Shown here: positions 14,980-28,512 of the stretch, piece after piece
How the letters are laid out: each line of letters starts with the position of its first letter
How positions within the stretch are numbered: the first letter of the stretch is position 1
NCBI GenBank assembly: GCA_012295275.1
Contig: CM022665.1
Span: 13,268,001-13,332,000, forward strand
Direction: 5' to 3'
DNA from: Chrysomallon squamiferum
Taxonomy: Eukaryota; Animalia; Mollusca
DNA: 64,000 nt
The notes under the pieces: model-generated
What the model was told of the DNA's origin: nothing
Database searches by the model: none
Seen by the model: only the letters and a program-made list of their open reading frames with translations
Made by a program: the position numbers and the translations under genes

Positions 14980-15006
14980 CATCATCATCATCATCATCAT
15001 AATAAT
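14935..15006. repeat. Compound microsatellite (AAT)n(CAT)n
   Basis: Directly visible; the same compound structure recurs at 25784-25836. Confidence 0.95.
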
Positions 15007-16426
15007 ATATATACATATGAAATGAAAGAAAATAAACACAGTAGTATTATCAATCAATAATTTATAAATTTAAGTTTGGTTTAGGTTATAAAAAGCTTCA
15101 TCAAGTATTACCGAAGCTGAAAGCGGTAGCCAGACATTTTATCAGCATTCATTTAATCCTATTCAATATAATGTTAGTGTGAGAAGTTTGGAAAAGCAAA
15201 CTTTCTTTAAATGTCTTTAAACATTAAGAATGTTATGTATGCTGTCCATCTCAATAAACAATTAATGTGTAAAATGTTTTAAAAGCTATATTTTTTTGAA
15301 GATTTGGAAATCTGTATACTGATCTGCATCATATCCTGTTTACCAAGGCTGGATCAATAATTTTGTATTCAACACACATACACACACACATACACCTTTC
15401 TTGCACCTAACACCAACACTTCTAACAAAATCTTGAATTTTCCCTTCAAATGTTCTCTTTCATTGTAGAATATATGGGGTAATGTTTAGAATAAAAAAAT
15501 TCATTATAAATATAAAAAGGGTACATTTTCTTGGATCACACAGGATATTTGTTTACTTCTTTTCTGTATCCTTTCTGCCCATGTGTAAAAGCCTCTACAT
15601 TTCAGTGTTCAGTTTTAAAACATATTATTTAAAAGCTTCAGTTTTTATTTTGTTTTATTATAGTTTTAGCACAGATATAACTTTCAAGTACTGAACCCAT
15701 ATCATCTTCTCTCATGAGATTTCCTTGATACAGAAAACCACATACAAACATGCTTATGTAAAGTGAAGCATATATGTGTGTGCATTTTTGTACCATTATA
15801 GCAAAGTTTTGAAACATTATAAAGGGTGAATCCTGTTTTTATGTTTTTCTTTAATTATCTTTGCACATATTAGTGCTTTTTAAGGTGCATTTTCTTGCAT
15901 GGTTTTCACATAAATGATCACCAAAGACAGACCCCCTTCTCTCCCCAAAAAGCCATGGTTGGACTTATGTACCACTGGACCACTGGCTGAACGAGATTAT
16001 GATTTTGGGTGTTAAATTCAAACTAATGTATGTTTGAAAAATTGTAAATTAATATTGTTGACCATTATATTGCCTTAAGATGTTGTTCTGTTTCTTGCTG
16101 AGAAACAGGCATAACATTTATTTGTTCGCAAACAATAATTCTGGCCATTCCATAGTTCTGTGTGTACCATGAGAAGCAAATAACAAATAATTGTATGTGA
16201 CAAAATGTTCAAAAAAATAATTTTCCTATAAAATTACATATCATAAGAAACAGCAATAAAAATTGATTAAAATGACTCCACAATATCTTTCATAGCTTTG
16301 ATATGATAAAGATTATGAATTTGTATTTGAATAAAATTTGCCTTTCTTTTTCTTTCAAAATTTATGGAGAACCTGTGATTGATTTTGGTTATTTGGCAAC
16401 ATAAACACTGAATATCCTCTCTATTA

Positions 16427-16762
16427 TTGGTTGAGGATCCCTTTACCTTTACTTACCTGAAATTACAAAATCTCAAAAATTCCATTATCAAAATTGTTTT
16501 GTGACCAGAGAAAATAGTGATATTTTATAGTTTTCAGATGATTTAGTATATATAAACTTTATTTCATGAATAAAATTATTAAAACTATTATTATATTAAA
16601 AACATCCTAACTGTCTGTAGAAGCTGCATATAAAATATAAAGGGAATTTGTGTTTAGATTTGAATCCTGCTCTCTGGTTTATCTTTGTATGCCAAATCTG
16701 TAAATTTCTGAAATCTGACACACTCCAGTCCCAATTATTTCAGAAAAGTTATCCTCAGCCTG
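16427..16762 (-). mobile_element. Tigger4/MER46-like non-autonomous pogo element, copy 1
   Basis: Ends TTGGTTGAGGATCC / ATCCTCAGCCTG with flanking TA; internal sequence aligns in reverse with 40661-40925. Confidence 0.75.
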
Positions 16763-17873
16763 TACTGCTATGATTATTATTATTTTTTTTAATTATTATT
16801 TTGTTTGTTTGTTTGTTATTTCAACAAAAAAATGCACAAATTATATTTGGTTCAGATATCAATTCAGATTCACTGTCCATTATCATTTTGTAATTTCCAA
16901 ACACATTTTTAATAACACAGTTTGTCTATTATCAATGGTAGATTACATAATGGCCTAGCCATGTGTATCATACCAGAGTGTTGTATTATAATGATTATGT
17001 CATTATGTTTTCAAATTCCCATTCATGCATATTTTACAATCTTTTTAAGGTTGTTGTTAACAGCCATTCATGCATATTTCATAATCTTCTTGGAATTGAT
17101 ATGTATGCACAGCATACAACAAACAAACAGAATGAGTCATCCATAATTATATAAGAAAAAACAAAAACTAATTTAAAAAAAAATAAAAATGAAATATTCA
17201 AGATCCTTATATTTTAAAATCTTTATCAAAACATGTTTTGAAGTGGGTGCACAGTATTTCCAAAATAGAATACAAACTAAACAAATACTGATTTAATTTT
17301 TAATAATGATTTAAAATATAATAAAATTAAATATTAAATAAAAGAACTATTGATCAAGAGATTATCATACAATTACTGTAAATGTAATGACAAACACAAA
17401 AACATCCATTTCCTTCAGGTGCACAGAATTCCGGATGTTCGTGCATTTGCATATATCATCATTTGTATGATAAAGGTTTTTTTTATTTTTGAAAGATGAA
17501 ATAAATGTTTGTTCAAGGCATGGTCCATTTCATTAGATAACAGTTATTTGTGTGAATTCCTATTATTATTATTATTATTATTATTAGCCTCTGATTTATT
17601 TCTCGTACGTTTAGATATTTTTGTTGTTGTTGTTCAGAAAAGCTGAAAAATATTAATTTTTATTTCCAGAGAAATATTCTTTTTACTTTTCTTTTACAGC
17701 AAATGCAAAACAAGAGATTGTTATGAATATAAATGGTTTTCTTAATTCTGAGGCAATAATTTTGGATTATGTTTACTAATTTTTTGTTAATGATTTTTGT
17801 TATATCAGACACTGATATTGTAGTATCATACTCTTATGAAAATATGTTAACTGATTCTGAAAACTGTAGAAAA

Positions 17874-17913
<40 letters not shown>

Positions 17914-19597
17914 TCACCTACCATCATAGACACAGAGACACAAGCACACATGCACACACATACACTAATACACCCCATACATCTTTCACACAGACATCAT
18001 AATTAATCATGTTATAATGATTAATACTATTGTTAAAAGCACATTACAGCCAACTCAGAAACAACATCTGCAAGCTATGCTGATTAAAACAATTATTTTA
18101 TCTCAGGATACCTTTGTACAGTCACACTTACACATTTTTTCAATCAATACAAATCCCTGAATATTGATGCTCTGTATGAAGTTTGATAAAATTGCTGCAG
18201 AAAAGAGAGAAACTGTAGACTACACTAATAATCAATCATTAAGAATTAATTTTATCCAAAATTTAAATGCCATTATTTCAGACCTCAATAATAAAACTCA
18301 TTAGTAAAGGTTAATAAACATAATTATATCTAATGACCAGACGGACAAACAAGAAATGAAAGCAAATCTCATGGTGTGAAACCTGCCAATGAGAAGAAAG
18401 TAGACATTAAAGATATACAAAATAGTCTCATGGATATTATGGCTCATGATGAGAATTAAATGTTAAGTCTGTGATAAGAAACACTATTCCATGTAATATT
18501 AAATCAGGACAAGGATCTAATAAAGTCTTAAACATAAATACCAAAGGTCATAACACATGGTCATGGACATTAAATAATATTCAGGCAAGATTACATTAAG
18601 AAAATACACATTCATGCACATTAAGACCAGACATGAGAAACAGTTCCACATATGGTCATGGATATGAATACCAGTGTTCATAAACATAAGTTAACATATT
18701 TTCTTAATATCAAGAACAAAAGTCAAAACAAGTTTTCTGTCTAGACTAATAAATAATATTACTGTATTCCTTCTCTAGGCTGAAATGATTTAAACTAATA
18801 ATAGACAGCTAACATATGACTACTGAAATAATCTAGTCAAATGTTAGCTGTCCATAAAGTTGCATATTGTCTGGATAAATGTTATACATCTTATAGACTG
18901 TAAATTCCCACATGTTTGGATCTATCGTTTTTCAAATTTGCATGGGTACAGATATATTTCTGTTACAGAGTTGATATGCCACATAGTTTTAACAGCTACC
19001 TATATCTTAAAAGTTAAAATCTTCATATTCAATAGCTATTATGTGGTTGAAATTGATCATAATAAATAGAGTGAACTTATTTTCTTTTTTATGATAAAAA
19101 CTGTTTTTTCTTTTTTTAAAAATATCATAAAGATAGCTGGTGTGAAAAAAAAAATAATAATAATAAATAAATAAAAAAAGAAAAAAGAGAAGCACATATC
19201 TAGCAGCAGTAAATTCCTAACTCAAGCCAATATTGCACAATAAACAAATTTTATATATGCTGCAATCTCTAACTAGCAAGGCATTATCAAAATGGTTTCG
19301 GTGAAAATCACAGCTAGTAATATGTTATTCTTCTAAAAAAAACATGTTTTTTTTTATTACTGGATAACATGTTCTACTGCAGTTTCATTATTCATTAATT
19401 CATTATTATTAATCACATCAGCATGAACATATAATACTAAATAAACTGGCTGAAATCAAAAAGTCATCAGACATTTTGGCAGAAAAAATAAAGATATCTA
19501 ATGCATTTAGTACTAAAACCTAATTCTTCAAGTTAATACAAACCCCAACAGCCTTTACAGACATTAGAATATCAATAATTCATGTAACAAAACCAAC

Positions 19598-19934
19598 CAT
19601 TCTCCTGATCTGTTTTCTCAGGATCCTGAACATCTTTCTTTTTTTTTCTTTTTTTCTTAACTTGTGGCTTTGGAGCATCTTCAGTCCCATTGAATATTTC
19701 TGGAGACCTGTTAGTACAAGGGCTTGTTTCCTCTTCACCTGGCCCTTTCAAGTCACACTTTCTTCCTTGGTAATCCTTAGCAGCAGTTTTAATCGAGTCT
19801 GTCTCATCATAACCACTTTCATAGCCGCTGGTTGGCCGACTTTTACTCTTCTTCGATTTGCTTTCAATACAACAACAGAATCCAAGCAAACTTTTAGCTG
19901 AGAAGCTGATGTTAGATAATTTGTGTGCAAACAT
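19598..19934 (-). CDS. SYT14: Candidate alternative first coding exon of SYT14 (TM-less, Cys cluster plus polybasic stretch)
   Basis: ATG at 19934, 112 open codons, AAT G|gttggt phase-1 donor in frame with the 9612 acceptor; coding-like composition in an AT-rich intron. Confidence 0.65.
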
Positions 19935-22545
19935 TGACAAAACACTGGAAGCAAGTTAACAAATTTCACTAATTAATATCATCATAATTGGTTCCCCCCC
20001 TTGTCATCTGTAAATTCTGTCAACTTTTCACAAAGCTAAACCAATATCAATAATTATACAATCCAATATTAATTTAATATGAATTATTATTAACCTCAGA
20101 AGTCAAGCATTAAGTCCACACAAATTAAATTTTCAGTATTTAAGTAAAGTGATCATTTGTGATCACATCTGTCTGTAAGGCATCCATTGTTCCAATGATG
20201 GGTCTCTGATGGAAATCCAGGAATTTTTTCAACAGTTAATGGTCCACAGATCCCGTTAAATGCAGTGAATGTTTAAGCAGCACACCACTCTATAACATTT
20301 ACACTGTGAATACTCTCACACCACCAGCTCATTGATAATATTGCGGACATTATTGATTAGGCAAGGGAGATAATGTTCTTCTATTCAATATAACAACTGG
20401 TTCAATGGAATGTGACCAAAGGAAATCAATTTGATACAATGTGTAGGCAATAATTAATTATCCCTACATTTGAAAGAATTTAATAGACATTTACTTATAC
20501 ATATACCACATATAATTATGTGTGGGATGACATATGGAGTTCACTGAAATTCTTTAACTTTAAGGTATGCAATATATTAATAACATAAGTTAATAACATA
20601 AGTTTCAAATGAATGAACTATATAATAAATAATGCCGTATGTGAGTGAAATATTACAAAATATGCATATGCAGCATTTTGTTCCTGTTTTTTTCAAAAAC
20701 CTGTCACTAGAAGCTATTTATGCATGCAAAAGATTACTAATTTCACCTCTTCTTTTTCTCTCTAAAGAAAATAATTTATATTTGGTTCCTACTTGAATAA
20801 TAAGAGTATAAGGAAAACATACATACATTCAATTTGTTGAATTAAAAGAAAATTAACATAATTAATATTTGTCATTGCAACATCCTAACAGATGTTTGTT
20901 AATCTCACATATAATAGGTTTAACAGCTATATTTAACAGAACTAATATCAACAAAACAAAACATGAAACTGAAATGAAGTGGACATACTTCATAAAGATT
21001 TCAAACATAATACATAATAATGCTTCAGTAATGCTTAATGTTTAATATTTTCATCTAAAAAATGAATTGTAATAATCACTTATACATGATCATTTTCGGT
21101 AACACACTCCTGAAGCAAAATAAAACATACCGAACAAACGTAATAATTTCTATGTTCAAACTTAAATATATAGTTACGCTAGTTAGTAAATACATATAAC
21201 AGAATTACAAGGAAAAAAGTATTTTTAGGAAATTTTCATCAACATTACAGTCAAAGCAGTTTCACACTGTTTAATATAAATGTCCAGTACACTGAATGTG
21301 AAAACATAAACAACAAAGGAGATGTTAAAAGGTGTAGAAAGAACTGTTCATGTTTGACCACCCAAGGTACCAGTTTTATAAGACAGTCACACATCAAATT
21401 TCTGTTATTGTTGCACTTATTTCACTACAAAAAAAACCCAACTTAAACCCACCAAAAAACTGTTTGGAAAAAAAAAAAATAAAATAAAATCTTCAACAAA
21501 AGTACTACTTAAAAGCATGGATATCAAAAATTCATTTTAACATTTGGATGTTTCATTTGATCCATGTTCCATTTAGCTGTTATCAAACAGATTAATGATG
21601 AAAGAAAGAAAAACTGCTTAGCTTTGTCATGCTTTGAATAAAACATGTTAATAAATCATTTCTTATAATGGTTACCATAAAATGTGGATAGTTTTTTCTG
21701 AAAGGAACAAACCTTCATTTTGATGTCACAAAATGATGAAGCAATTTTTTCCTAAATTGTATTCAGGATGTCTAAAATCTATCTAGGACATATTCTCAGA
21801 AACAAAATGTAATAAATAATGGGTTTTTGCTTAAACCTTTTCATTTTTGCAACAATATTTTGTCAGAAAATACAGAGCTACAGATTACCACATATTAACA
21901 TCCAAAAGAAATATTTTGGTAGGAAGTAAATCTCAAAAAATTTATTTTGTGCATTTATTGTAAAATGTACATGAAATACAAGATTTAAATGCTGTTGCCT
22001 TATATCAGCCTATCTCATGATGATGTTAATCATCAGGGCCAGGGTCACTCAGCATCTGACTGTGATGCAGTATGCCTTTAGCCTGGTGACACAACAGTTG
22101 AATGACGATAACAATTGTTTTGTTTTTGCTGATCCACCAGTGTCAGCTCTAAAACCTAATCAAAATATACTAATCAGTGAAAAGAAAGTAGTCATTACCA
22201 CCACTTAAATGCTGAGTGATCCAGTATAGCTATCCTATGCTGTGATTATCTTGCTCAGAGATCAAGCTGGGCCTTAGTGGTTAAGGGATTCGGGGGGATA
22301 ATTCTTTTTGCAACATTTAGTGGAGTTAATTTCACATTTTCAACCAACAATACCATATATACACATGTTAGCAAAAGTCATTTTGCAGTGTTATTAAATT
22401 AAAAAATATTGATTAAGTATCTGTCTCTGAATATTTATCAACTTATTCAGTTTTATTTCAAAATATAGTGCACCACCCTGATAAGGTGCTACCTTCAGAA
22501 AGTAAGTGATATACATACAAATATAGAAATATTTACATACACATA

Positions 22546-23115
22546 CCGTGTATACTTGTGTACAAGGCGACCTTATGTATAAGTCGATGTGTATTTTAAG
22601 ACCAAAAATTGCGTCATTTTAGGTATTACCTGTGTATAAGTCGACTGTAGATTCCAGGCACCGTCACTATTTTTAGACCAGTGTGACAGTGCCATGAAGG
22701 CCTACATTGTACGTCTACTGTAACATAACTTGCACGAACATACCATAATAACGTAAATGCATGTATTACACGAGCTATAGCCTAAATCATTGCAAGACGC
22801 CGTAAGGCATAACGCCGTACTGACGGTTTTCTCGCTTTAAAATGTATTTTTATGTCATTAAACGGAAGAATATCATGTTTTACATTCATATTTGGTTTTG
22901 TTATTTAATTTTTCAAAATTCTTTATACGATAAAATTATATTTTTGAAAAGCTGAAAGACCGCAATTATTTTAGATGCATCCCGTAGCAAAAAATAGTCA
23001 AAATGGCCACTCTTCAGCAACAGCTACAAAAGCATTACCTATGTATAAGTCGACCCCCAAAATATTACCTTAATATAGGTTCCCAAAAATTCGACTTATA
23101 CACAAGTATATACGG
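22546..23115. mobile_element. pogo/Tc1-mariner MITE, 570 bp
   Basis: TA target duplication on both sides; TIRs CCGTGTATACTTGTGTACAAGGCGA / TCGACTTATACACAAGTATATACGG; internal GTATAAGTCGA repeats; many intact CpGs. Confidence 0.9.
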
Positions 23116-23924
23116 TACTTACACATATATTTAACTAAATTTATTCAACACCATATCATAACCAACATTATTAAATTCCATTTTTTTCAATTAGTTGGTT
23201 AAGATTTTTGAAATAAAAATATTTCAAGAAAAACAAAAGTAAAAAGTCACTTCATGTGTCCAAGTTAACTTGCTAAAGATAAAAATAAAATTAAAAAAAT
23301 TAAAAAAAGAAAGAAAGAAAAGAAAATTAATTAATATACTAATTACTTATACATGTGGTAAATTTAATGAACTACACAATCTTCCTGTCTGTTGTGACCT
23401 TTTAATAATTACAATCTCGTTAAAACAGGTGGCAGTTGACCATTTATAATGTAATTTCATCCAATACATAGTTCAGTAGCAGATATTACTGATTACAAGG
23501 CAGAAAGATAATACCCTTAATTTAACATATGCTAGACTTATCCATTTTGTGAAAGTGTTCTGTAATTACATTTTTAACTGGTATATTCAAACTAAAACAG
23601 AAATGAATTACTGATTTCAACTACTGACAAATATTTGCATTTTTTCCAACATTAGAATTCCAGGACTGATGCACCTGAGACTTATTTATGTATATGAAGG
23701 TAGTGTGGAAGGTTTGTTAATTTATTTAATTTTATGTTTTGTTGTTGATAGTGTTATTCTGCTATTAATGATGAATACAAATTTCTAAATAAAACAGTTT
23801 ATTTTTTGTTCCTTCACTCCATTTTGAGGTGTTGTTTTTGGGGGGGTTTTGGTACTAATATTAAAAAAGAACATTTAGATATCCTTCTGTTACATACAAT
23901 ACTTAAATCATTCAATAAATTAGA

Positions 23925-23973
<49 letters not shown>
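23925..23973. repeat. (AAT)n microsatellite
   Basis: Directly visible. Confidence 0.95.
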
Positions 23974-23976
<3 letters not shown>

Positions 23977-24176
23977 TACAAAAATAATAAAATATAATTT
24001 CCAAACATTTTTTATTTAAAGTTTATATTTGGCAATATAAAAAAAAATATATATATACTTTGTTTTATTGTAGTCAGAATTATTGTTCTGTAATTATGAC
24101 ATCATCATGCATATTATCTAGGCAAAATAAAGCTATCAGCTATGATGACTGTGATGATATCATGATTCCATTATGC

Positions 24177-24250
24177 CAGTGGTTCCCAAACCTATGGTCA
24201 CAGTCTAACTGAGGGTTGCAAGGCTGTTTCTGAAAATCATGGGGTGTCTT
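24177..24250 (+). mobile_element. hAT-Charlie-like terminal fragment
   Basis: Starts CAGTGGTTCCCAAAC, a typical Charlie TIR; no matching second end found. Confidence 0.45.
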
Positions 24251-25779
24251 GGTAATAGCTACAGTTTAAAAATATGACATGCTTAATTTGTATCTGTTTA
24301 AAATAAATTAGTGAAACAAAGAAAGTATTTTCTACATCCATTTGCTTAAAGTATATTCCATCTCACACAAGAACCAAATAATAAAAAATATATATATAAA
24401 TAAAACCCCTAATTCTTCATAATTCTAGGATTTGTTTTGTTTTTAGGACAAATCAGGGCTCAGAAAAAAAATCAGAAACTTCATACAGATTAAAAGTTAA
24501 TTAAAAGAAGTTATAAAACAGAAAATAAATCATCTAAGTTGCCTTGAAACATAATTGTTTTCACTTGTAGATCTTAAGATAAATACTAATATAAAAACAA
24601 CTAAAATAATCCTCTTTTCTGTTTTCTAGATTTAAAAATCTGATTTGACTGAATAGAGAGATGCATTACAAATTCAAATAAATATCAAAGTGTAAGGGTG
24701 AAAAAGACAATATTATTTGTAAAGACAAATTTCCAGTAGGAAATCTTTACAAATTCCTTTATTTTCACTTTTATTAATTCCTTATACATTTTTATATCGT
24801 TGAGCAGAACATTAATCAGTCAATAAATCAATATTATATAGCTTTTGTTTGAACTTAATCTCAGCAGGCCAGTTTTATCACCTTTGCAATAAATCATTTT
24901 TATGGATGTTATCTTACAAATGCTTGTAGACATGCTGACTAGGCAGAGAGATGCTGAGGTTCCAAAAACACTACAACAAAATAATCTCAGTCAGAGTGTG
25001 CTCCAACTCAGTGGTACATGTTTTGTATGAGAAATAGTTTTTGTAGGATTGGCTTTCCTCAATACTTGAATTTCTCTTTCTAAACATTAATGCAAGAATG
25101 TATTTTCCTATATTTGGGTAAGCTGCAAATTAAAGCTCCATCACTTTTAACTTGATACCAGAAAGATTATCATAGTGTAACAGGTAGTAAAGGTTTCTTC
25201 TTACATATTAATGTAATCTTACTTATTCACAGAAATGACACTCATATAACACTTAATAATTATGTGCTACTCATTTATTTAACTTTGGAAAAAACTCATT
25301 TTAATCAGCACTGGAGTATAGCTTAATATAAGAGTTCATAAGACAATGTTAACTTATGTTTCATCAAATATTTCTAAAATTTTGTCAAACTAAAAACAAA
25401 ACTTTGCAATTTATGGTTTTTTTTTTTTTAATATCTTTAATTATGAACTTATCTCATTTATAGCTACATATATACTGCGATATACTGATGGGAAAATGTG
25501 TTGATGGAAAGATGTTAATATTCCACCATCATTTAAGCTATTTAAGTTATTCAAATAAACATTTTATTATTAATTAAAATACTGACATTTTCAAACACCA
25601 TACTGTAATATGTGTTTTCTGTCAGAACCCCCCCACCTGTGTTTTTGCTTCAAGACTAATGTGTATATTAAAAAGGATGCAATAATAATAACCCTTCATG
25701 CCTGCAGGAAGATGTATTTATTTGATTGTTAGCTACTTACAGTAATAGAAGCTGATAGTAGTTAGTTTCATTTATCAAA

Positions 25780-25783
<4 letters not shown>

Positions 25784-25820
<37 letters not shown>

Positions 25821-25836
25821 CATCATCATCATCATC
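25784..25836. repeat. Compound microsatellite (AAT)n(CAT)n
   Basis: Directly visible. Confidence 0.95.
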
Positions 25837-26887
25837 AGTAAGAATTTTTTTTATATTATGTGTATTTGTAATATAATCTTGAATGTTTGTGTTGTTTTTA
25901 TTTAGTTTTCTGAGCAAAAGACAATCTACATAACAACAGTAAGAACTTAATGTGAACATTATTAATAATGTATAACAGCATAAATGAATCATAAATAAAC
26001 ATGATTTTATAAGGATTTGTTTTTTTAATAGAAAGTGATGAATAACAGACAGACAAACTGACAAAAAAACCATAAAAATGAAGTCACAGGTGGTGCACAA
26101 AATACTGTATTTAATTATTGATTTAGTTTTATTTATTCAATTTTTCAGTCTGTATCAGTGGTTTTAAAAATATTTACAAATAACAATAGATATGACATCC
26201 TTCATAAAAATTTGATTATTTGATATTTAAAAATTACAGTTCAAAATGATGCAATATATTTATGCAAAATTATACATACAAATCAATTTAAAAAAACAAA
26301 AACACATGATTAAGATCTGATATCAAATACATTTTTGTCTTTTTTATAATATTTTAAGTCAATCAGCAGTAAGGAATATTTTATATGGGCTATTCCATGT
26401 CAGCTCTGTACATTGTATGGCTTTTTTAGCATTGTGTCCCTCAGAATTCTATTACAAAATCTTCTATACATGCCTAAAATTTTGTAGGTTTTCAAAAGAA
26501 TAAAATTATGTGATACTGCCAAAGTGACCAATCATTTGTTTCATCAGTTATACATAGTCATTCAATAGCATTACCAGTAAAAGATCAGCATCTGTTTCTT
26601 TTTGCATGTTGTAATCAGTCAGCTGTTTTGTTAATTTAACCATCGATTTTTCACCATAGTTTCTTAATTTTCTTTGTGCCTTGCAATAATCATGATTCTG
26701 AATGTACAGCATTCATGTAAAAAAATAAATATATGAAAGAAGAATGACATTGTAAAATAATAATAATAATAATGATAATGATGATGATGACAATAATAAT
26801 TATTATCATTATTATTATGTTAATAACAATAAATAAATAAATAACACAACTCTCTGAATTCAAAATCAAAACAAAACATCAATGATA

Positions 26888-26928
<41 letters not shown>

Positions 26929-26988
26929 AGAAAAATGAAAAACAGAAAGCACAGAAAGTTAAAATTTTTAAAACAACAGCATGCTTAC

Positions 26989-27141
26989 CTAATTTGTTCT
27001 TTTTTGCAGGAGGCTTGTCAATGCATGGGAATCCTCCACATTCAGAAAAACACAGGGACTTGTTGAGGTACAGGAAGAAAATAAGAAGCACCACCAAAAA
27101 GGCAGCAATTGCACCTAGAAAGGCCACCGCCTCTATGGGAA
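26989..27141 (-). CDS. SYT14: Synaptotagmin-14 transmembrane exon
   Basis: tttcag|TT CCC acceptor and TTA G|gtaagc donor, both phase 1; PIEAVAFLGAIAAFLVVLLIFFLYLNKSLCFSECGGFP matches vertebrate SYT14 SPEAVGFLSAVGVFIILMLLLFLYINKKFCFENVGGFP. Confidence 0.93.
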
Positions 27142-27745
27142 CTGAAACAATTCAACACATACTTTTAAATATATATTAATATATTAATAAGTCATCTTAT
27201 TTATTTATTCGTTCATTCATTTATCCAATTACTCAGTTTTCACTTATTAATAATTATCTTTATTTAATGAAATAAATACATTCAAAATGGCTAGAAACAG
27301 GCCTAATTAAAGCTATAAGAAACATTTAACATAAACCTTTATTACATCAATTAACTAAATTTTAAAAGTTAATCAAGTTAAGTAAGGAGCATAATCAGAA
27401 ATGTGGCAATTCCCTTAGAACAGGCCTCTATATCTGATGGATCCAAAATAATTATGTATACCCCATTATTATCTAAAGATTCACATGTATACTTCCACTG
27501 TGAAAGATTCCAAATAATTAAATGTTATTGGATTAACATCCTTTCAGTTTTGTGTTTTTGTTTTTACATCTAAATACAAACCTGCCTACATTTTTGTATT
27601 TTAAAAACCATGTACTTAAATATAAAAATGTGTCTATGTCAAAGAGGAAATGTGAATATTATGCATTTTTGTCAGTGACTGTATATTTATTGCTTTATGA
27701 TATTTCTATATGAATGTGGGCATATAATGGTGGATAAAGGGTGTA

Positions 27746-27796
<51 letters not shown>

Positions 27797-27860
27797 GTGC
27801 AATATAGAATTCCCCAAAGGAAAAGTTTAAAACATATTTTATTTTATATTTTTTAAATTT

Positions 27861-28040
27861 ATAACTGTGGACAGCTAATTACTGCTGTTTGTCAAATGAC
27901 CCTAAGTTCTATATCTGGAAATGGTTATATCTGGTTACTTTTTTTAATCTGTACTTAACTATTATAACAATACTACCTCAATCTTTCTAGTAACTGCAAT
28001 AAAATAATTTGTGCTTGTTAATAAAAGACAATGTAAAATA
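27861..28040 (+). repeat. Direct repeat copy A, about 180 bp
   Basis: Near-identical to 31911-32085 (ATAACTGTGGACAGCTAATTACTGCTG...AAAAGACAATGTAAAATA). Confidence 0.95.
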
Positions 28041-28490
28041 ATTAAGGGCATATTTCCCCCCTAGCTAAACCACATTTGTAAATAAGTACTATGATTAGAT
28101 TTATGAAGAACAGTTGAGTTATAAAATAAAAACAAATAAATGTGACTGATCAGAACTAAAGCTACTTACCTCAAAATAATGATTTGTAAACCTGAAGATT
28201 GTATCTAGCAATCATACAACAAATTAAGTATGCTTGTTATGGGAACAACCTCTGATTTCATCAGAATGTTGTTCCCACAACAGGATAATCTAAATACTAA
28301 AACATATATTCTATTCATGTAAACAGATATTTGTTTTTTAAATCTGTTAAAAAACCACTTTAATCCTTCTGTAGTCCATTCCAATCCTTTTACATACAGA
28401 TGCAAACAAGTTAACCACTGCAAATAATAACATAGGTAACTATCCTACAATATATACAAAACTAGTATTAAGAAATAATGATAAACCAAC

Positions 28491-28512
28491 CTTCCCGGAC
28501 ATGCAAATACAT
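28491..28512 (-). CDS. Weak candidate short first coding exon of SYT14 (MYLHVRE)
   Basis: ATG TAT TTG CAT GTC CGG GAA G|gttggt; phase 1, in frame with the TM exon. Short enough to arise by chance. Confidence 0.3.

Noticed and set aside
14828-15057. ORFs with poly-Y/I/D/M runs (also 23806, 25768, 55244, 60895, 61041)
   Set aside because: Translations of microsatellites and low-complexity DNA.
22268-22300. tRNA A-box-like GGCCTTAGTGGTTAAGG
   Set aside because: No B-box or cloverleaf follows; at most a SINE head remnant.
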